Part shown: in pieces, positions 29,042-42,919 of the stretch
How positions within the stretch are numbered: position 1 is the stretch's first letter
How the letters are laid out: every line of letters begins with the position of its first letter
Assembly: GCF_009914755.1 (NCBI RefSeq)
Contig: NC_060932.1
Length of the DNA stretch: 64,000 nucleotides
Origin: the human T2T-CHM13v2.0 reference genome, Homo sapiens
Strand: one strand, 5' to 3'
The notes under the pieces: model-generated
Told to the model about the DNA's origin: nothing
What the model saw: the letters and a program-made list of their open reading frames with translations, nothing else
Databases searched by the model: none
Program-made: the position numbers and the translations under genes

Positions 29042-29765
29042 TTAAGCTCTGCGTGCATTAGGTATTTGTCCTAATGCTCTCCCTTCCCTTCCCCCCAACC
29101 GCCTGACAGACCTGGTGTGTGATGTTCCCCTCTCTGTGTCCATGTGTTCTCATTGTTCAACTCATTTGCAGTCAGTCTCTCCTAAGCACATCCACTAATA
29201 TTATTTCTATTACTGTAGATTGGTTTTGCCTATTGTAGAGTGTCACAGATATGGACTCATACATGAAGTATCCTGTATTTGGTGTCTTTAATTCAGCATA
29301 ATGTTGTTGATATCCATTCATGTGTTTGTGTATGTTAATAGTTCATCCCTTTTATTGCAGAGTAGTATTTTCTTGTGTAGATACACCACAGTTTGTCTAT
29401 CCATTCATCTGGTGATGGACATTTGCACTGCTTTCCACTTTTCAGAAGCTGCTGTGAGCATTCACATGCAAGTCTTTTTGTGGACATATATTTGCATTTT
29501 AAAAATACCTAGGGGTGAAACCCTAAGTCCTGTGGCACATGAATGTTTAACTTGAAAAACACTGCCAAATTGTTTTCAAAAGTAACTGTGTAATTTTACA
29601 CTTACCAGCCTGGTAGGACAGTTCCAATTTCTTATCAGCACTTATTATTGTCAGTTTTGTTTAAAAAAAAATTCTAGAAAGTATATAGTAGTATTATGTG
29701 GTTTTAATTTGCATTTACCTAATGATACTGAACGTCTTTCCATGGGTTTATTTGCCACCAATATC

Positions 29766-30529
29766 TTTTTTTTTTTTTACAACTCTCAATTTTACTTCAA
29801 CAATTACCTGGATATCAAGTGCTTGAATAAAACTTTTAGTAATATTTAAATGTTTCAGATACAATTTGTCTTATAAATTTACATATAGAAAATTATAATT
29901 TTGCATTCTATTTTCTGGAAGATTTTTCTTTTTCCAATAAATTTTTTTTTTGGGGGGATACGTTTGTAGAATGTGAAGGTTCATTACATAGGTATACATG
30001 TGCCATGGTGGTTTGCTGCACCTATTAACCCGTCGTCTAGGTTTTAAGCCCGGGGTGCATTAGGTATTTGTCCTAATGCTCTCCCTTCCCTTCCCCCCGA
30101 CCCCGTGACAGGCCTGGTGTGTGGTAATCCCCTCCCTGTGTCCATGTGTTCTCATTGTTCAACTCCCACTTATGAGTGAGAACATGCGGTGTTTGGTTTT
30201 CTGTTCCTGTGTTAGTTTGCTGAGTGATGGCTTCCAGCTTCATCCATGTCCCTGCAAAGGACATGAACTCATTCTTTTTTAGGGCTGCATAGTATTCCAT
30301 GGTATATATGTGCCACATTTTATTTATCTGGTCTATCATTGATGGGCATTTGGGTTGGTTCCAAGTCTTTGCTATTTTAAATAGCGCTGCAATAAACATA
30401 CGTATGCATGTGTCTTTATACTAGAGTGGTTTATAATCCTTTGGGGATATACCCAGTAATGGGATTGCTGGCTCAAATGGTATTTCTGGTTCTAGATCCT
30501 TGACAAGTCGCCACACTGTCTTCCACAGC
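29766..30529 (-). mobile_element. 5'-truncated L1PA (L1PA8-like) with probable 3' transduction
   Basis: L1 3' end at 29942-30529, unique DNA at 29779-29920, second T-tract at 29766-29778. All lie inside the 15-bp TSD tgccaccaatatctt (29753-29767 / 30530-30544). Confidence 0.85.
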
Positions 30530-31669
30530 TGCCACCAATATCTTATACATGGTGAAGTCTATTCAAATCTTTTGCCTACTTAAAAAATTGGAATGTTTAG
30601 TTCTTGTATTCAGTTGTAAGAGTTCTTTATATATTGTAGATACAAGTCTTTTGTGAGCATATAAATTAGAGCTATCCCCTCCTCACAAAGTAATGACAGT
30701 TTTGTTATTTAAGCCTCATAGCAAAAATACTACATACAGCTAATTTATGTTTAATCTTTTTTATATTTCCAAAATGTATATAATAGAAGATATTAACTTT
30801 ATTTTTTAAAAAAGAAAAACTGATCATCAGACCTTTGTTTCCACACTTTGCTTCAAAAAGTGTGCTTAGAATACATATATGACTTACCTAGAGTTTTTTT
30901 TTGTAATACCCGCCAGTCCAGAAATAGAGGTGGAGAAAGAAAGATGACTTCCCAGCAAAGCTTTGACATATGCAAAATGTAACTTGAAGATGCAGTATCT
31001 CTTTTTTTTTTTTTCTTGGCTCCCTAATGTGATGTGCCCCTTCCCCAAGTGCTCCTATCCCAGAAGAGTTTAAGCAGGCTTCTTTCCAGGGTTGTTATTG
31101 TATTTTTTTGGATCTATCAAAAGATTTATAGCAGCAGCAAGGCCAAATGAAGGAGGAATTTGTGGGTCTGAGGGGCCTTACTGAGAGGCCCTGAGGTAAC
31201 ACTATATTGTAATGGTTCACCTTACTTACCTTTAAAGAAGGTTTTAAAAAGAGTAAATCAGAGCTGGGTGAGTTAATGTTAGTGAAGGAATACAGCAGCT
31301 CTGTCACATGGGCTCCTTTTGTAGGAGGTATCCTTAGGCTTCGTTTAATTTCGAATTGGTATGCAACCAAGAGTGCCTCCTGCATCTCTGAGTGTCTCCA
31401 CTGTGGAGTGCCCTGGTGGCTCATGAGAATGCATTAAGGGGCAATCCAGGTGGGTGGCAAGACAAGGCAGGACTGTTCACACTACCTCTCTTGCCCCATC
31501 ACTTTACAGCATTCTTGTACCATCTTATTTTTCTCCAGTGACATAAAGAGCACTCTGCCTTGCTTTGTCAACTACTGAAGCCTTGTAATACCTATCAAGA
31601 CAATAAGTGAGGGAGAGCATTTGAGGAGCTAGAGAAGAGAGCTGAAGGAAAACAGCTACTAAATTTAGT

Positions 31670-31945
31670 AAGAGAACTGGTGTGACTTACATGAGATATA
31701 GAAAACAGGCAAACCCATAGAAGCAGAGAGCAGAATGGTTGTTGCCAGCAGCTGGGGGACAGGGGTAAATGGGGAGTTGCTATTCAGTGGGTATAAAGTT
31801 TCAGTTGTACAAGATAATTGAGTTATAGAAATCTGCCATACAACATTGTGCCTACATTTAACAACATTGTATGATAAATACAGCATTATCAATATATTGA
31901 AAATAAAGACAGTAGAGCTCATGTTTAGTGTTCTTACCACAATAG
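31670..31945 (+). mobile_element. L1MA/L1MB 3' end followed by (GA)n
   Basis: 'atagaagcagagagcagaatggttgttgccag...gggtataaagtttcagtt...gtgttcttaccacaata'. Confidence 0.8.
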
Positions 31946-32710
31946 AGAGAGAGAGAGAGAGAGACAGAGAGAGGGGGGAGTGAGATATAAAGAGAGCTTT
32001 TCCAGGTTTTAGTTTGTGAGACATGATTTGCTTTTTTAATTGGAGTTTGGGATGAAGAAGAGGAAATTTGGGGTTCCTGCCAACGTATGAGAGAAGAAAA
32101 AAATAGCAAAATGGAAAAAAAGATAATTTTAAGAAGATCTTCATGAGTGTGCATAAATTATGATTCCTTTTTGACCTGTCTAAAGGCTTGATTTGCTTTT
32201 CTATTACTTTCTAGTTCCAGGGTGGTGTTACTTTGTGTGCAGTTATGATACTGAGTGGTGGTTCATGTTTATACAGTTTGTACTTGGAAGCCATGAGGGT
32301 GTGAGATTCTTTGGGAAGACACATCTCACTTTTATCTAAGAAGTTTTGAAAGGATGCCAATGTTGAGTTAAAAGATAACCCCTACTGTGGGAGTATGTGT
32401 CAGTGATTTCCTCACTCAGAGTTCTTAGGACCAAATTAAACTCCAGGAGATGGTCATGTCACTTGTTGAAATCTCAGGCACTCTTATCAGGACCTCTTAA
32501 CCTCCCTATGGTTGGAGCATCTTCTACTGACTTATTTAAGGTTATTAGTAGGACCATTTTTTGGAAAGATGTCCTGCAATTCAACATGTTTGTAATGAGA
32601 CATACCAACTCTGAGTCATCACATAATGGAGATTTCCAGAATAATTGGAGAGAATTTGGGTTCCTGTCAGTTAGATAGTATTTGATTCTGTAGAAGGAGC
32701 TGACTCTTGC

Positions 32711-33095
32711 TGCTATGGTTTCAATGTGTTCCCCAAAGTTCATGTGCCGGAGATCTAATCCCCAATGCAACCATGTTGGGAGATGGGGTAGCCTAGTAAG
32801 AAGTGATTAGGCCAGGAGGTCTGTGTTCATGAATGGATTAATGTTATCATAGGAGTGGGTTTGTTAGCATGAGTGAGTTTTTGTAAAAGTTTGGCCCTCT
32901 CTTGCTTTCTCACTGTCTCCCTCCCTTACCCTCCAACCTTCCACCATGATTGACACAGCATAGAGGCCCTTGCCAGATGCCAGTGCCATGCTCTTGGACT
33001 TCTCAACCTCTAGAACCATGTGTCAAATAAATCTCTGTTTGTAAATTAACCAGTCTGTGGTATTCTGTTATGGCAACAAAAAACAGACTAAGACA
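32711..33095 (+). mobile_element. MST-family (MSTC/D-like) MaLR solo LTR
   Basis: TGCTATGGTTT...ACAGACTAAGACA. Confidence 0.85.
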
Positions 33096-33182
33096 CCTGT
33101 GGAGAGTACAGATTGATTATGGATGAACTATCTCTACCCGTAGAGAACAAGACAGAAGCAGTAGCAGTCGCTGGTTTAGAAT

Positions 33183-33620
33183 GTGTATCAGGCACTGTTG
33201 GGTTTTGCCCAAAGCTCCTCTGATCTCTTTTCAGCACTGTGGTCCTATGCCCCGGTCCTTGCTGCTAATGGCTAATAGCTAATGGTATCTATTTGCAACT
33301 TCCAGAACATTGCTCTGTGGGAGTTTGCTTTCAGATTCCCTTTCCACTTTGTGTTGGTTCATAGCCAATGACTGAATGTCACGGGAGTAAAATAACCCAG
33401 CTCCTGGAACAGCAAACTCCAGGGTTGAATTTATGCTAGTGGTCTCTGTGAGAGCAGGCTGAGGCTGGAGTTTCAGGATCACACCTTGTTTGGTTTCATC
33501 TTTCCTTACTCTGCTTTTCTGGCTCCCTTTTTGATTTCTTCTGGAAGCTCTCCCTCAATAAATTACTGCACCTAAATTTCTGACTCAGTGTTTCCTCCTG
33601 GGACAACACAACTATAACCA
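33183..33620 (+). mobile_element. LTR16-like ERVL LTR (old)
   Basis: 3' part 'tccctcaataaattactgcacctaaat...ctcag...ctggga...aacta' resembles the LTR16 end. Confidence 0.55.
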
Positions 33621-34043
33621 GAATGGTGAATGTCTTGGAGATATTGAAAAAAGCCAGCAGAAAATATAAGCTGTTTGTTGTTGCTGTTCTTGTATCGGTG
33701 TCTCATGGGCAGTATGTGTCCACAGTCGTATAGAATTGTCGATTTTCAAGGTTTCGTGGCGACTCTGTCCAAAAGAACTGACAAATAATCACAATTAACC
33801 TGGCTCTGCCATGTAAGCATAGTTACTAACAGTCCACTGTTTAAATTTTGAAAGCAAAGATTATGCATTATATAATTTAAGAGAATCTTGTTTTGAGACT
33901 GAGCCAAAGTAACACAATTTATTATATCTTAGGATTATAAAGAAAGAAAATGTAACAAATACATGGAAGATAGGATGCCTAAGATTGAGAAGACTTCAGT
34001 TCTTATTTGACCATTTTAGGAATGCATGTGATATCTCAAGTTT

Positions 34044-34595
34044 AAGAACTTAAAACAGAACTACCATTTGAAACAACAATCCCGTTACTGGGTATATACC
34101 TAAAGGAATAGAAATCGTTCTACCATAAAGACACATGTACATCACAGCACTATTTCCGATAGCAGAGACATGGAAGCAACCCAAATGCCCATCAGTGGTT
34201 AGACTAGGTAAAGAAAATGTGGTTCATACACACCATGGACCACTGCACAGCCATAAAAAGAACAAAATCATATCCTTTGCAGCAACATGGATGGAGCTGG
34301 AAGTCATTATCCTAAGCCAACTAACGCAGGAGCAGAAAACCAAATCCCACATTTTCTCACTTATAAGCAGGAGCTGAACATTGAGTACACGTGGACACAA
34401 AGAAGGGAACAGTAGACACTAGGGCCTACTTGAGATTGGAGAGTGGAGAAGGATAGGTACCTATTGGGTACCTATGCTCATTAAGTGAGTAACAAAATAA
34501 TATGTACACCAAACCTCTGTGACACAGAATTTACCCATATAACAAACCTACACATGTACCCTCTGAACCTAAAATAAGTTGAAAAGAAAAAAAAA
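34044..34595 (+). mobile_element. 5'-truncated L1PA15/16-like 3' end
   Basis: ORF2 C-terminal remnant, 3' UTR and A tail. Confidence 0.88.
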
Positions 34596-37507
34596 TGTAA
34601 ACCAGTACCAATTATCACACTGAAAACAAAATCTTTTGTAAACATTGTAACACTAATAAAACTTGAAGGTAAACAAGAAATAGATTTGTCTCTTCTTATT
34701 AAGAATTTCATCCTACTGAGATTCACAAACACACTAATATATTACCTTATCTTCTAATGACTTCAGGGATAATGATTTTATATATACATATAGGATTGTT
34801 ATTGTTGTGAGAGGGAAGGAAGTTAAGTAAGAGCAATAGCTTAGTTTTTGAAATAAAAGTTTACAATGTTTTTACTCCTGGTAAAGAGAAGTTTTGGAAG
34901 AATCACTGGACTTATTTATATCGATAATTCTAAATTATCTTTGTTATCTGAAAAGTAAATAGTTGTTATTTAAGCATTAAAATAAAAAGCAAATGCAAGC
35001 TTCTTTATGATTTAATCTAGTGAATAGTTACCACCTTCCTGGGTATAGTAACTGATTCATTTTTTACTCTAAATGAAGAGGCAGTTTCTGCTGGAAAGAA
35101 TTACTGGTTCATCATATTACATGGGAAAACACAGTCAGGGAATTGAAGGACACTTAGCATAATTTTGAGAACTTAACTGTGCACCAGATAATACGTGGAA
35201 AAAGGACTCAATTATATTAAAATTTAATCGCTCTTGTAGAAATCTTCGCTATATGCCTAGCAACTGAAGAATGATACTAAAAAATATGATAAGGTCATTA
35301 ACTGACATATTTGCCAAGAATCCTAATGAGATGGGAATAAATGATCAAACTATATTACATTTTTAATGTAAAATATTTTACTATCTAATATTTTAATATT
35401 AAAAAAGTAAACATGTACTCTCAATCATATATATTAAATATGCATGGAAAATATGGTATTATGATACTTCATAAAGAATATTAATGAGTATTCTTTGATG
35501 GTAGAACCTTAAGTGATGCTTATTTTCCTCTTTATATGTTTGTGTCTCTTTAAAATTTTCTACAATAAACATCCATTCATAATTATAAAAATAAACACTT
35601 TTATGGAAAAAACTCAGTTCTATCAGATATAGCTAGGTGGGTTTGAGGCTGGAGCAAAACTTGAGCAAGACTGTTTCTCCTGCCATTTTGTAATTTTGTA
35701 TCCAATGTTGGAGTCTCAGCTTTCTGAGAGCAGACATCACTGTGTTGCATATGACTGGTATGTGGCAGGCAGTCCATAGATAAGTGTTAAATGAATGAAT
35801 AAATAAAAATGATGAGGAGCAAAGATGGGCAACCAACTTAAAGAAGCAACATGTGGAAGTAAATGAAATTGGTAAATATCAATGTGGAAATGAAAAACCA
35901 CAGATAATTCAGCAAGGTTGCAGTGTAGGCAGTTAGAGGGCTGGGGTAGGAAATGCTGTCTCAGTCTCTGCATTACAGTGTCTTATTGTCCCTATGACAT
36001 CCTGCCAAATGCTTATTTTCCCCCCCATTTTCTAGATGAGAACTGAGTTTTCCTAAGCTTAAGTGATTTGTTCAAAGTTGCAACATTGTTAAGTAGAATT
36101 CAGATTTGAACCCAGCTCTATCCTGCTTCCAAGGAGCCTTCTTGTTCCCCTGCACTGCAGAGACAGAGGTCTGGAAACCTGTGTAAGCAGATAGGCTCTT
36201 GCAGGTAACAGAATGCCATTGAGTTTTGAGAAGAGGAATGACGGGATTTGTAGGGCATGAAGCTGAGCCAAGGGGCAAATCACTCATCTCATTTCTCCCT
36301 TCCAGTATCTCTTATGTTACCTTTACAGTACCTGAACTCCCACCCTTCTTGCCCCTTTGGGTTAAGGTTCAGAAGAGCTTGGGTAAAATGCTATTGTTAC
36401 CTAGGAAGGGTATCCCAAGGCATGAATAAGTTTTCAGTATGCATTATCAGAGGGTAAACCCCTGAAGGAAGTGGACACATTTCTTTTTTTTTAAATTCAA
36501 TAATCCTTTATGGAATACTTACTGTGTGCCATTCACTGTCTAGATTTTTGATACACACCATGAATGAGACCGATACTATCTCTGCCTTTTTAGAATGATG
36601 GCCTAAGAAGCAGAAGTGATCATTTTTGTTGCATATGGGAGAAGGTAGACAAAAAGTTTGAAAAGGTAAAGTGATGATGCAAACAGAGTCCAGGTAGGGA
36701 AGAGAATCCACTATGGAAGCCAGGCATTACAGAGGCTCACATGGTGGCCTGAGAAAGGGAGGAACTCGGACAGGGAGCTTGGAGATCCTGTATTTCACAG
36801 TGGAGCTGTCCTCCCATCCTTAAAACGGCGTGACAACATCACGTTTCCTCTCTAGATAACCTCAGTCTAGGGAAGGGATTAACACAGTAGAACTATAGCA
36901 TGAATCTTGCCTGCAAGAGAAAAATGAGCTTTGAATCATTAACAAGGGAATTGCTGCTACATACTAATGATGCTATTTCCCGGCCCTGGTCTTTTTACAT
37001 TAATGCACCCTATGGTGTGAACTGAATGATATAAAACTGATTACAGGCTTTGGAGATATTTCTGGTTTTGATTGTTTTATGTCATGCACCACTTGTTTAG
37101 ATTATGAATTAACTAATCTGCGTTACTCCCTAAGTTTTAAGATTGAAAAGCCCTTACTCCTTTCTCTGATACCAAATTAATATAACTATCTCTGATGACA
37201 GCCAATGAAGACTAAACAATAGCCATTCGTGTGATTTACTTCACACACACAGGGTCCCCACAACTCCCACCCATCTTTTCTAATGATTGAGAGAATGTCT
37301 CCAGTATTACGAATAATTTATTCTAGACTCAATGTCATTTATCTTAGCTTGTAGCAGCCTGCCTTGTGCACCTTAGACTCAACAAATATTTATTTAATTT
37401 ATAATTTTTCATATATTTTGATCTATTTTGAGGAATCTAGCCGAACATAACAATTCTAAATAGGACAAAAAAATAAAATTATACTAAAGGATATTTACCA
37501 TATCTTA

Positions 37508-38405
37508 AGATACAGGAAACAGTACAGTGTCTTTCCTAGTCTAGCTCACACACCACTCAACACTTCTGACACTAAAATGAGTGTGCAATGAGAGATAGGT
37601 AAACCGAACTGATTTTTTTTCCCTACTCGCTTACAAAGCCACTCATATGACACAGAATGCTTCTGTGACCAGATGTGTGGGGGGGTTTTCTCCTCACACC
37701 AACCAACTGGATGTTCTATAATTCAATTTAATTCTGATGCTATTTGCCTGAAGATAGTGTCAGATCCAACACGTTAAAGGCAAAGATGCTAGTTACAAGT
37801 AGTAGGTTGTCACCTATACTTCTGACTGACCAGCTGGCTATAAACTGGGGCTCCCATCACTCACTCCTTGGATTCAATTAATTTGCTAAAGTGACTGGTA
37901 GAATGCAGGGAGGTGCCTTACTTACGTTAACCGACTTATAAAGGATTTTACAAGGGATGCAGATGGATGCCAGATGAAGAGATGGATACGTTAAGGTATG
38001 GAGGAAGGGGCACAGAACTCCTGGGTCTCTCTGCAGGTGCATCACCCTTTAGGAGTCTCCATGTGTTCAGCTATCCAGAAGCTCTCAGAACCCAGTGCTT
38101 TTGCTTTTTTATAGAGGCTTCATTACCAAGGCAAGATTGATTACAACATTGATCACTGGTAATTAATTTAACCATTAGCACTTCTCTCCCTGGAGGTCAA
38201 GGGGATGAGGCTGAAAGTCCCAGTTCTCTAATCATGCTGTGGTCTTTCTAGTGACCAGCCTCCATCCTGAAGCTATCTAGGGTCTCCCAGCTACTAGTCA
38301 TCTCATTAGCATACAGAAAACACTCCTAACACTCAGGAGATTCCAAAGAGCCATGTGTCAGGAACTGGAGATAAAGATCAAATATATATATTTCACAGTG
38401 TCACA
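37508..38405 (-). mobile_element. MER21-family LTR
   Basis: 'cacttctgacac', 'aattcaatttaattctga', 'gtgttcagctatccagaagctct', 'catctcattagcataca' and terminal 'tcaca'. Confidence 0.8.
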
Positions 38406-39136
38406 CCATAGTATTATGGAGATGGAGATCAAATATGTATTTCACAATGTCACACCATAGTATTATGTATGGTATAAAAAAAGGAAAGACTCTAAGCATC
38501 TAAATATGCTAATATAGGAAATTATTAAAATAAGTAGGGCTTTTCAAATGATGAAACAATATACAGCCATGTAATTTTTTTTGCAATAACAGGGAAAGAT
38601 GGTGATGCCAAGGCATTATGCAAGAAAACTGGGGGCAGATTTTATTAACATTATTACAATTTTGTAAAACATATGTAGAAATCTTAGAAAGTATGCTAAA
38701 GTGAAAAGAGTGGTTTTCTTTGGATAATGATACCATGAGCAATATTTTTTTTATTTGAAATAGGTTTTTCCAAATTGGAAAAACTATTCTTGAAAAAATT
38801 TTTCTATACTTATCCAATCATCAATCATATGCTTGTTTGAGGGAAAATTATGCAAATTCCTCTAAAAGTCTGTTGTAGCTATGAAGCCCAGAAAACTGGA
38901 AGAATTTCTGGGCAATGGCAAGTCAGTGCTGATACCTTTCCCTAACTAAGAAATGTCTCAAACATGGGTCACTCTACGGGACACTGGAAATTCCCTACAC
39001 CACTCTGAGAGGCTGACTACTGATCTTTGCTGACACTTCAAATGGTATTAGAAAGTGGACTGGGCTCAGGATTAGAGGTACATACTTATGTCGAGAGCAG
39101 ATGAGAATCACTCTACTCCTTAGGAAGGGCTTCAGG

Positions 39137-39472
<336 letters not shown>

Positions 39473-39559
39473 TTATGATTCTGTTCTTTTCAGACAGCTG
39501 GTTAGTGGTAAAATAATGCTCCCTCTCCTGACTCCTAATTCAGTTCTACTTCCAACACA

Positions 39560-39638
39560 TTAAGTTGAACCCTATGAAATTGCCATATTTGTAGATCAAA
39601 ATGGTAAAATAATATGAATTTTGTTTGGTTCAACCACA
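39560..39638. mobile_element. MADE2 mariner-derived MITE
   Basis: ttaagttgaaccctatgaaattgcc...ggttcaacc; ~80-bp degenerate inverted repeat. Confidence 0.75.
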
Positions 39639-41179
39639 TAGGCTTGCTCACCTTGATGCAATTTATAGAAATTTTTTTTAAAAAGAGTTTCCTTTCAAAT
39701 CAAAGCAAAACAAATTTATACTTTTAATGATGCCTGAATTTTTTAAAGAGACAAACTTCCCTACATAATCAATGTTCTGATTCCTAAATCAGACCTTCGG
39801 TGTAAAAAGAGAAAGTCCCAAGTAAAAGTGATACATTTACTTATACTGTGTAAATGACTTAAAGTAAACCCTTTCCTAGAGGTCAGGTTAAGCAGAAAAA
39901 CATTGAGTTCCTGAAAGGCTGGATAAAAAATAGAATAGGAAATAAATATATATTCAAATATTACTTGATACCGAGCTAGTCATTTTCATAACTGTCATTG
40001 TATTTAGCCCCTTCCAATGTCTTTTTGAGCTAAATATTATCATCCTTTTTTCTAATGGGTAAACTGAAGTAGCCTGAGGTTAACTAAATTGTCCAAAGTG
40101 ACTCTGATGGCCGAATACTCCACATCATGATTTTTTTCCCTATATCTTACTGCATCCATAAGAATTGTTGCAAGGCTTATATATTCTTTTCTAATTAAAA
40201 AAAGTACTCTTTCTGATTAATGTATTAACTTGGATTGGTTTCAAATTTCACAGTGGTAAAAGACATATAGTTTAAAGTCCTGTCAAATCTTCAGAAGCCG
40301 GTCATAGTGTGTAACAAAGCTATAAGATTTTCTCTCCTGTTTCTGTTTCTGTTTTTTTTTTTTTTTTTTTTTTTTGGCTTCCAATTTAGTTTCTCCTCCA
40401 ACTCACCTGAGTTTTTGCTTTTTAAAAGTACAAACAGTAGCAAGATTCATTTCTAGCATGATGTAGTGAGGAGGTCAATAAATCCTTTACCCCAAAAGCA
40501 GTAAAAATCTGGATAAAACTGTTTAATACCAGCCGTTTGAGTGCTGCAGAAATTGGCCCAAGGCTTAAAAATCCAAGAAGCATTTATTCACAAAAGCTAC
40601 TGAACTTCAAGTAAAATTGGCATGAGTCATGGTGTTTTTGTCTAAGCAGTTTCTACCCCTCCTCTCCCTACCCCAACCCTGTGGGCCTGGCAGATGGACC
40701 AGGGCATGGCAAGCCAGGAAGACCAGGATCTTTGCTCACAGCGCCAGAGGAAGTTCATTCATTGGTGTGTTATTAAAGTTGTTCTTAGTCTCTTTAAAAG
40801 ATAGAAGGTTAATAGAAAATTAATATTATTGCTGAGTACATAGCATTTACGGATGTTCTTTCCAGAAAGCTGTTCAATAAGACAGCACAAAAGAAGAGAA
40901 AGGAAAAGATGTGTATATTAAAGTTTACTGTATTGAGTTAGCATAATTTTGAAGTAGACTGTACTATGTTAAGATGCGTATTATAAACCCTAGATCAACC
41001 ACTAAAAGGTAATTCGAGAAATATAGGGAAAAACTCAACAGAGAAATAATATACTAAAAATATTGATGTAACATGAAATAAGTTATAAAGGAGAAACAGG
41101 AACAAAAGACACAGACAAATCAAAATGGTAATTGCAAATCCAACCATACCAACAATTACACTAAATGTAAATGGAATAA

Positions 41180-41349
41180 TGAGTAAGTGTCTGTTAAGGT
41201 GATAGTGATAGGTATAATTAGTGGAATTAGAGCTGTTGAAGTAAGGAAGGAGTATACATTTACTACTTTTATTTGGGGTTGCACCAATATTTTGGTTCCT
41301 AAGACCAATGGAAAACTCTTATCCTTTAAAGATTGAGAAAGCTGTATTA
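41180..41349 (-). pseudogene. NUMT: mt tRNA-Ser(AGY) 3' end, tRNA-Leu(CUN), ND5 5' end
   Basis: Minus strand gctttctca|atctttaaaggataagagttttccattggtcttaggaaccaaaatattggtgcaaccccaaataaaagta|gtaaatgtatactcc... follows mtDNA gene order and sequence. Confidence 0.9.
41264..41333 (-). tRNA. Nuclear copy of mitochondrial tRNA-Leu(CUN), anticodon TAG (pseudogene)
   Basis: 70 nt; anticodon arm ttggt-cttagga-accaa; T arm ttggtgcaaccccaa. Confidence 0.85.
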
Positions 41350-41811
41350 AAAACACTCCACTCAAAATGTAGATTGTCAGACTATATATAAAAAATCAAG
41401 ATCTAGTGTAATGCTACCTACAATAAATGGACCTTAGATTCAAAGAAACAAATAGGCTAAAGTAAATAAATGGAGAAAGATATACCATGCAAACAGTAGC
41501 CATAATATAGCTACTGCAGATCTCTTAATATATACTTTAATGCAAAACAACTTTTAAAATGAAGAATAAATTTAGAGGACTTACACTACACAGCTTTAAA
41601 ATGTACTATAAATCTTCAGTACTTAAAACAATGTGGTATCACGTAAAGATAGACATAGAGATCAAAGGAAAAAAATGAAAGTTCAGGGATATATCCTTAC
41701 ATGTATGACCAAGTGATTCTTTACAAAGATGCCAAGATAACAGAAATGAAATGGTGCTATGACAATTGGCTATCCACATATGCAAAAGATGAAGTTAGAC
41801 CTTTTGCTTAC

Positions 41812-41854
41812 TGTATTAGTCAGGGTTTTCTTAGAGGGACAGAACTGATAGGAG

Positions 41855-41901
<47 letters not shown>

Positions 41902-42286
41902 CACACAGAGAGAGAGAGAGGAGTTTATTAAGTACTAACTTACACGATCACAAGGTATCATAATGGGCTGTCTGCAAGCTGCGGAGCAGGGAAAGCCAGT
42001 CCGAGTACCAAAACTGAAGAACTGGGAGTGCAATGTTCGAGGGCAGAAAGCATCCAACATGGGAGAAAGATGTAGACTGAGATGCTAAGCCCACCTCTCC
42101 ACATTTTTTGCTTGCTTTATATTTGCTGGTGGCTAATTGGATGGTGCCCACTGGATTAAGGGTGGGTCTGCCTCCCCCAGTCCACTGACTCAAATGTTAA
42201 TCTCATTTGGCAACACCCTCACAGACACACCCAGGATCAATATTGCGTCCTTCAATCCAAATTGACACTCTGTATTGACCATTACA
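41812..42286 (-). mobile_element. MLT2A-type ERVL solo LTR with (TG)n/(TA)n tract
   Basis: 'tgtattagtcagggtt...agagggacagaact...ggcaacaccctcacagacacacccagga...accattaca'; 5-bp flanks cttac/tttac. Confidence 0.88.
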
Positions 42287-42617
42287 TTTACACATACAAA
42301 AAAAAAAGCCTCAAAATGAGTTATACATGTAGATGTCAGTGCTCAAACTATAAGACTTTTAGGAAAAAATGTGGGAGAAAATATTTGTGACCTTGGCCTA
42401 GGCAACAGGTTCTTAGAGATGATACTATTAGTCATCAAAAAAAAAAAAACAAAAACCAGATGATTGAACTATATTAAAATTAGCAACTTCTGTGCTTCAA
42501 GAGATACCTTTAAGAAAATGAAAGATACAGCTGAGAAAAGATATTTACAAACCCTTTATGTAATAGGGAATTTGTATTCATGAAACATAACTCTTACAAT
42601 TTAATAAGAAAAATCTA

Positions 42618-42919
<302 letters not shown>

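Noticed and set aside
42245-42270. MLT2A LTR as a DUX4/zygotic-activation promoter
   Set aside because: The expected CAATCCAATCA motif reads caatccaaattg here, so it appears deleted.
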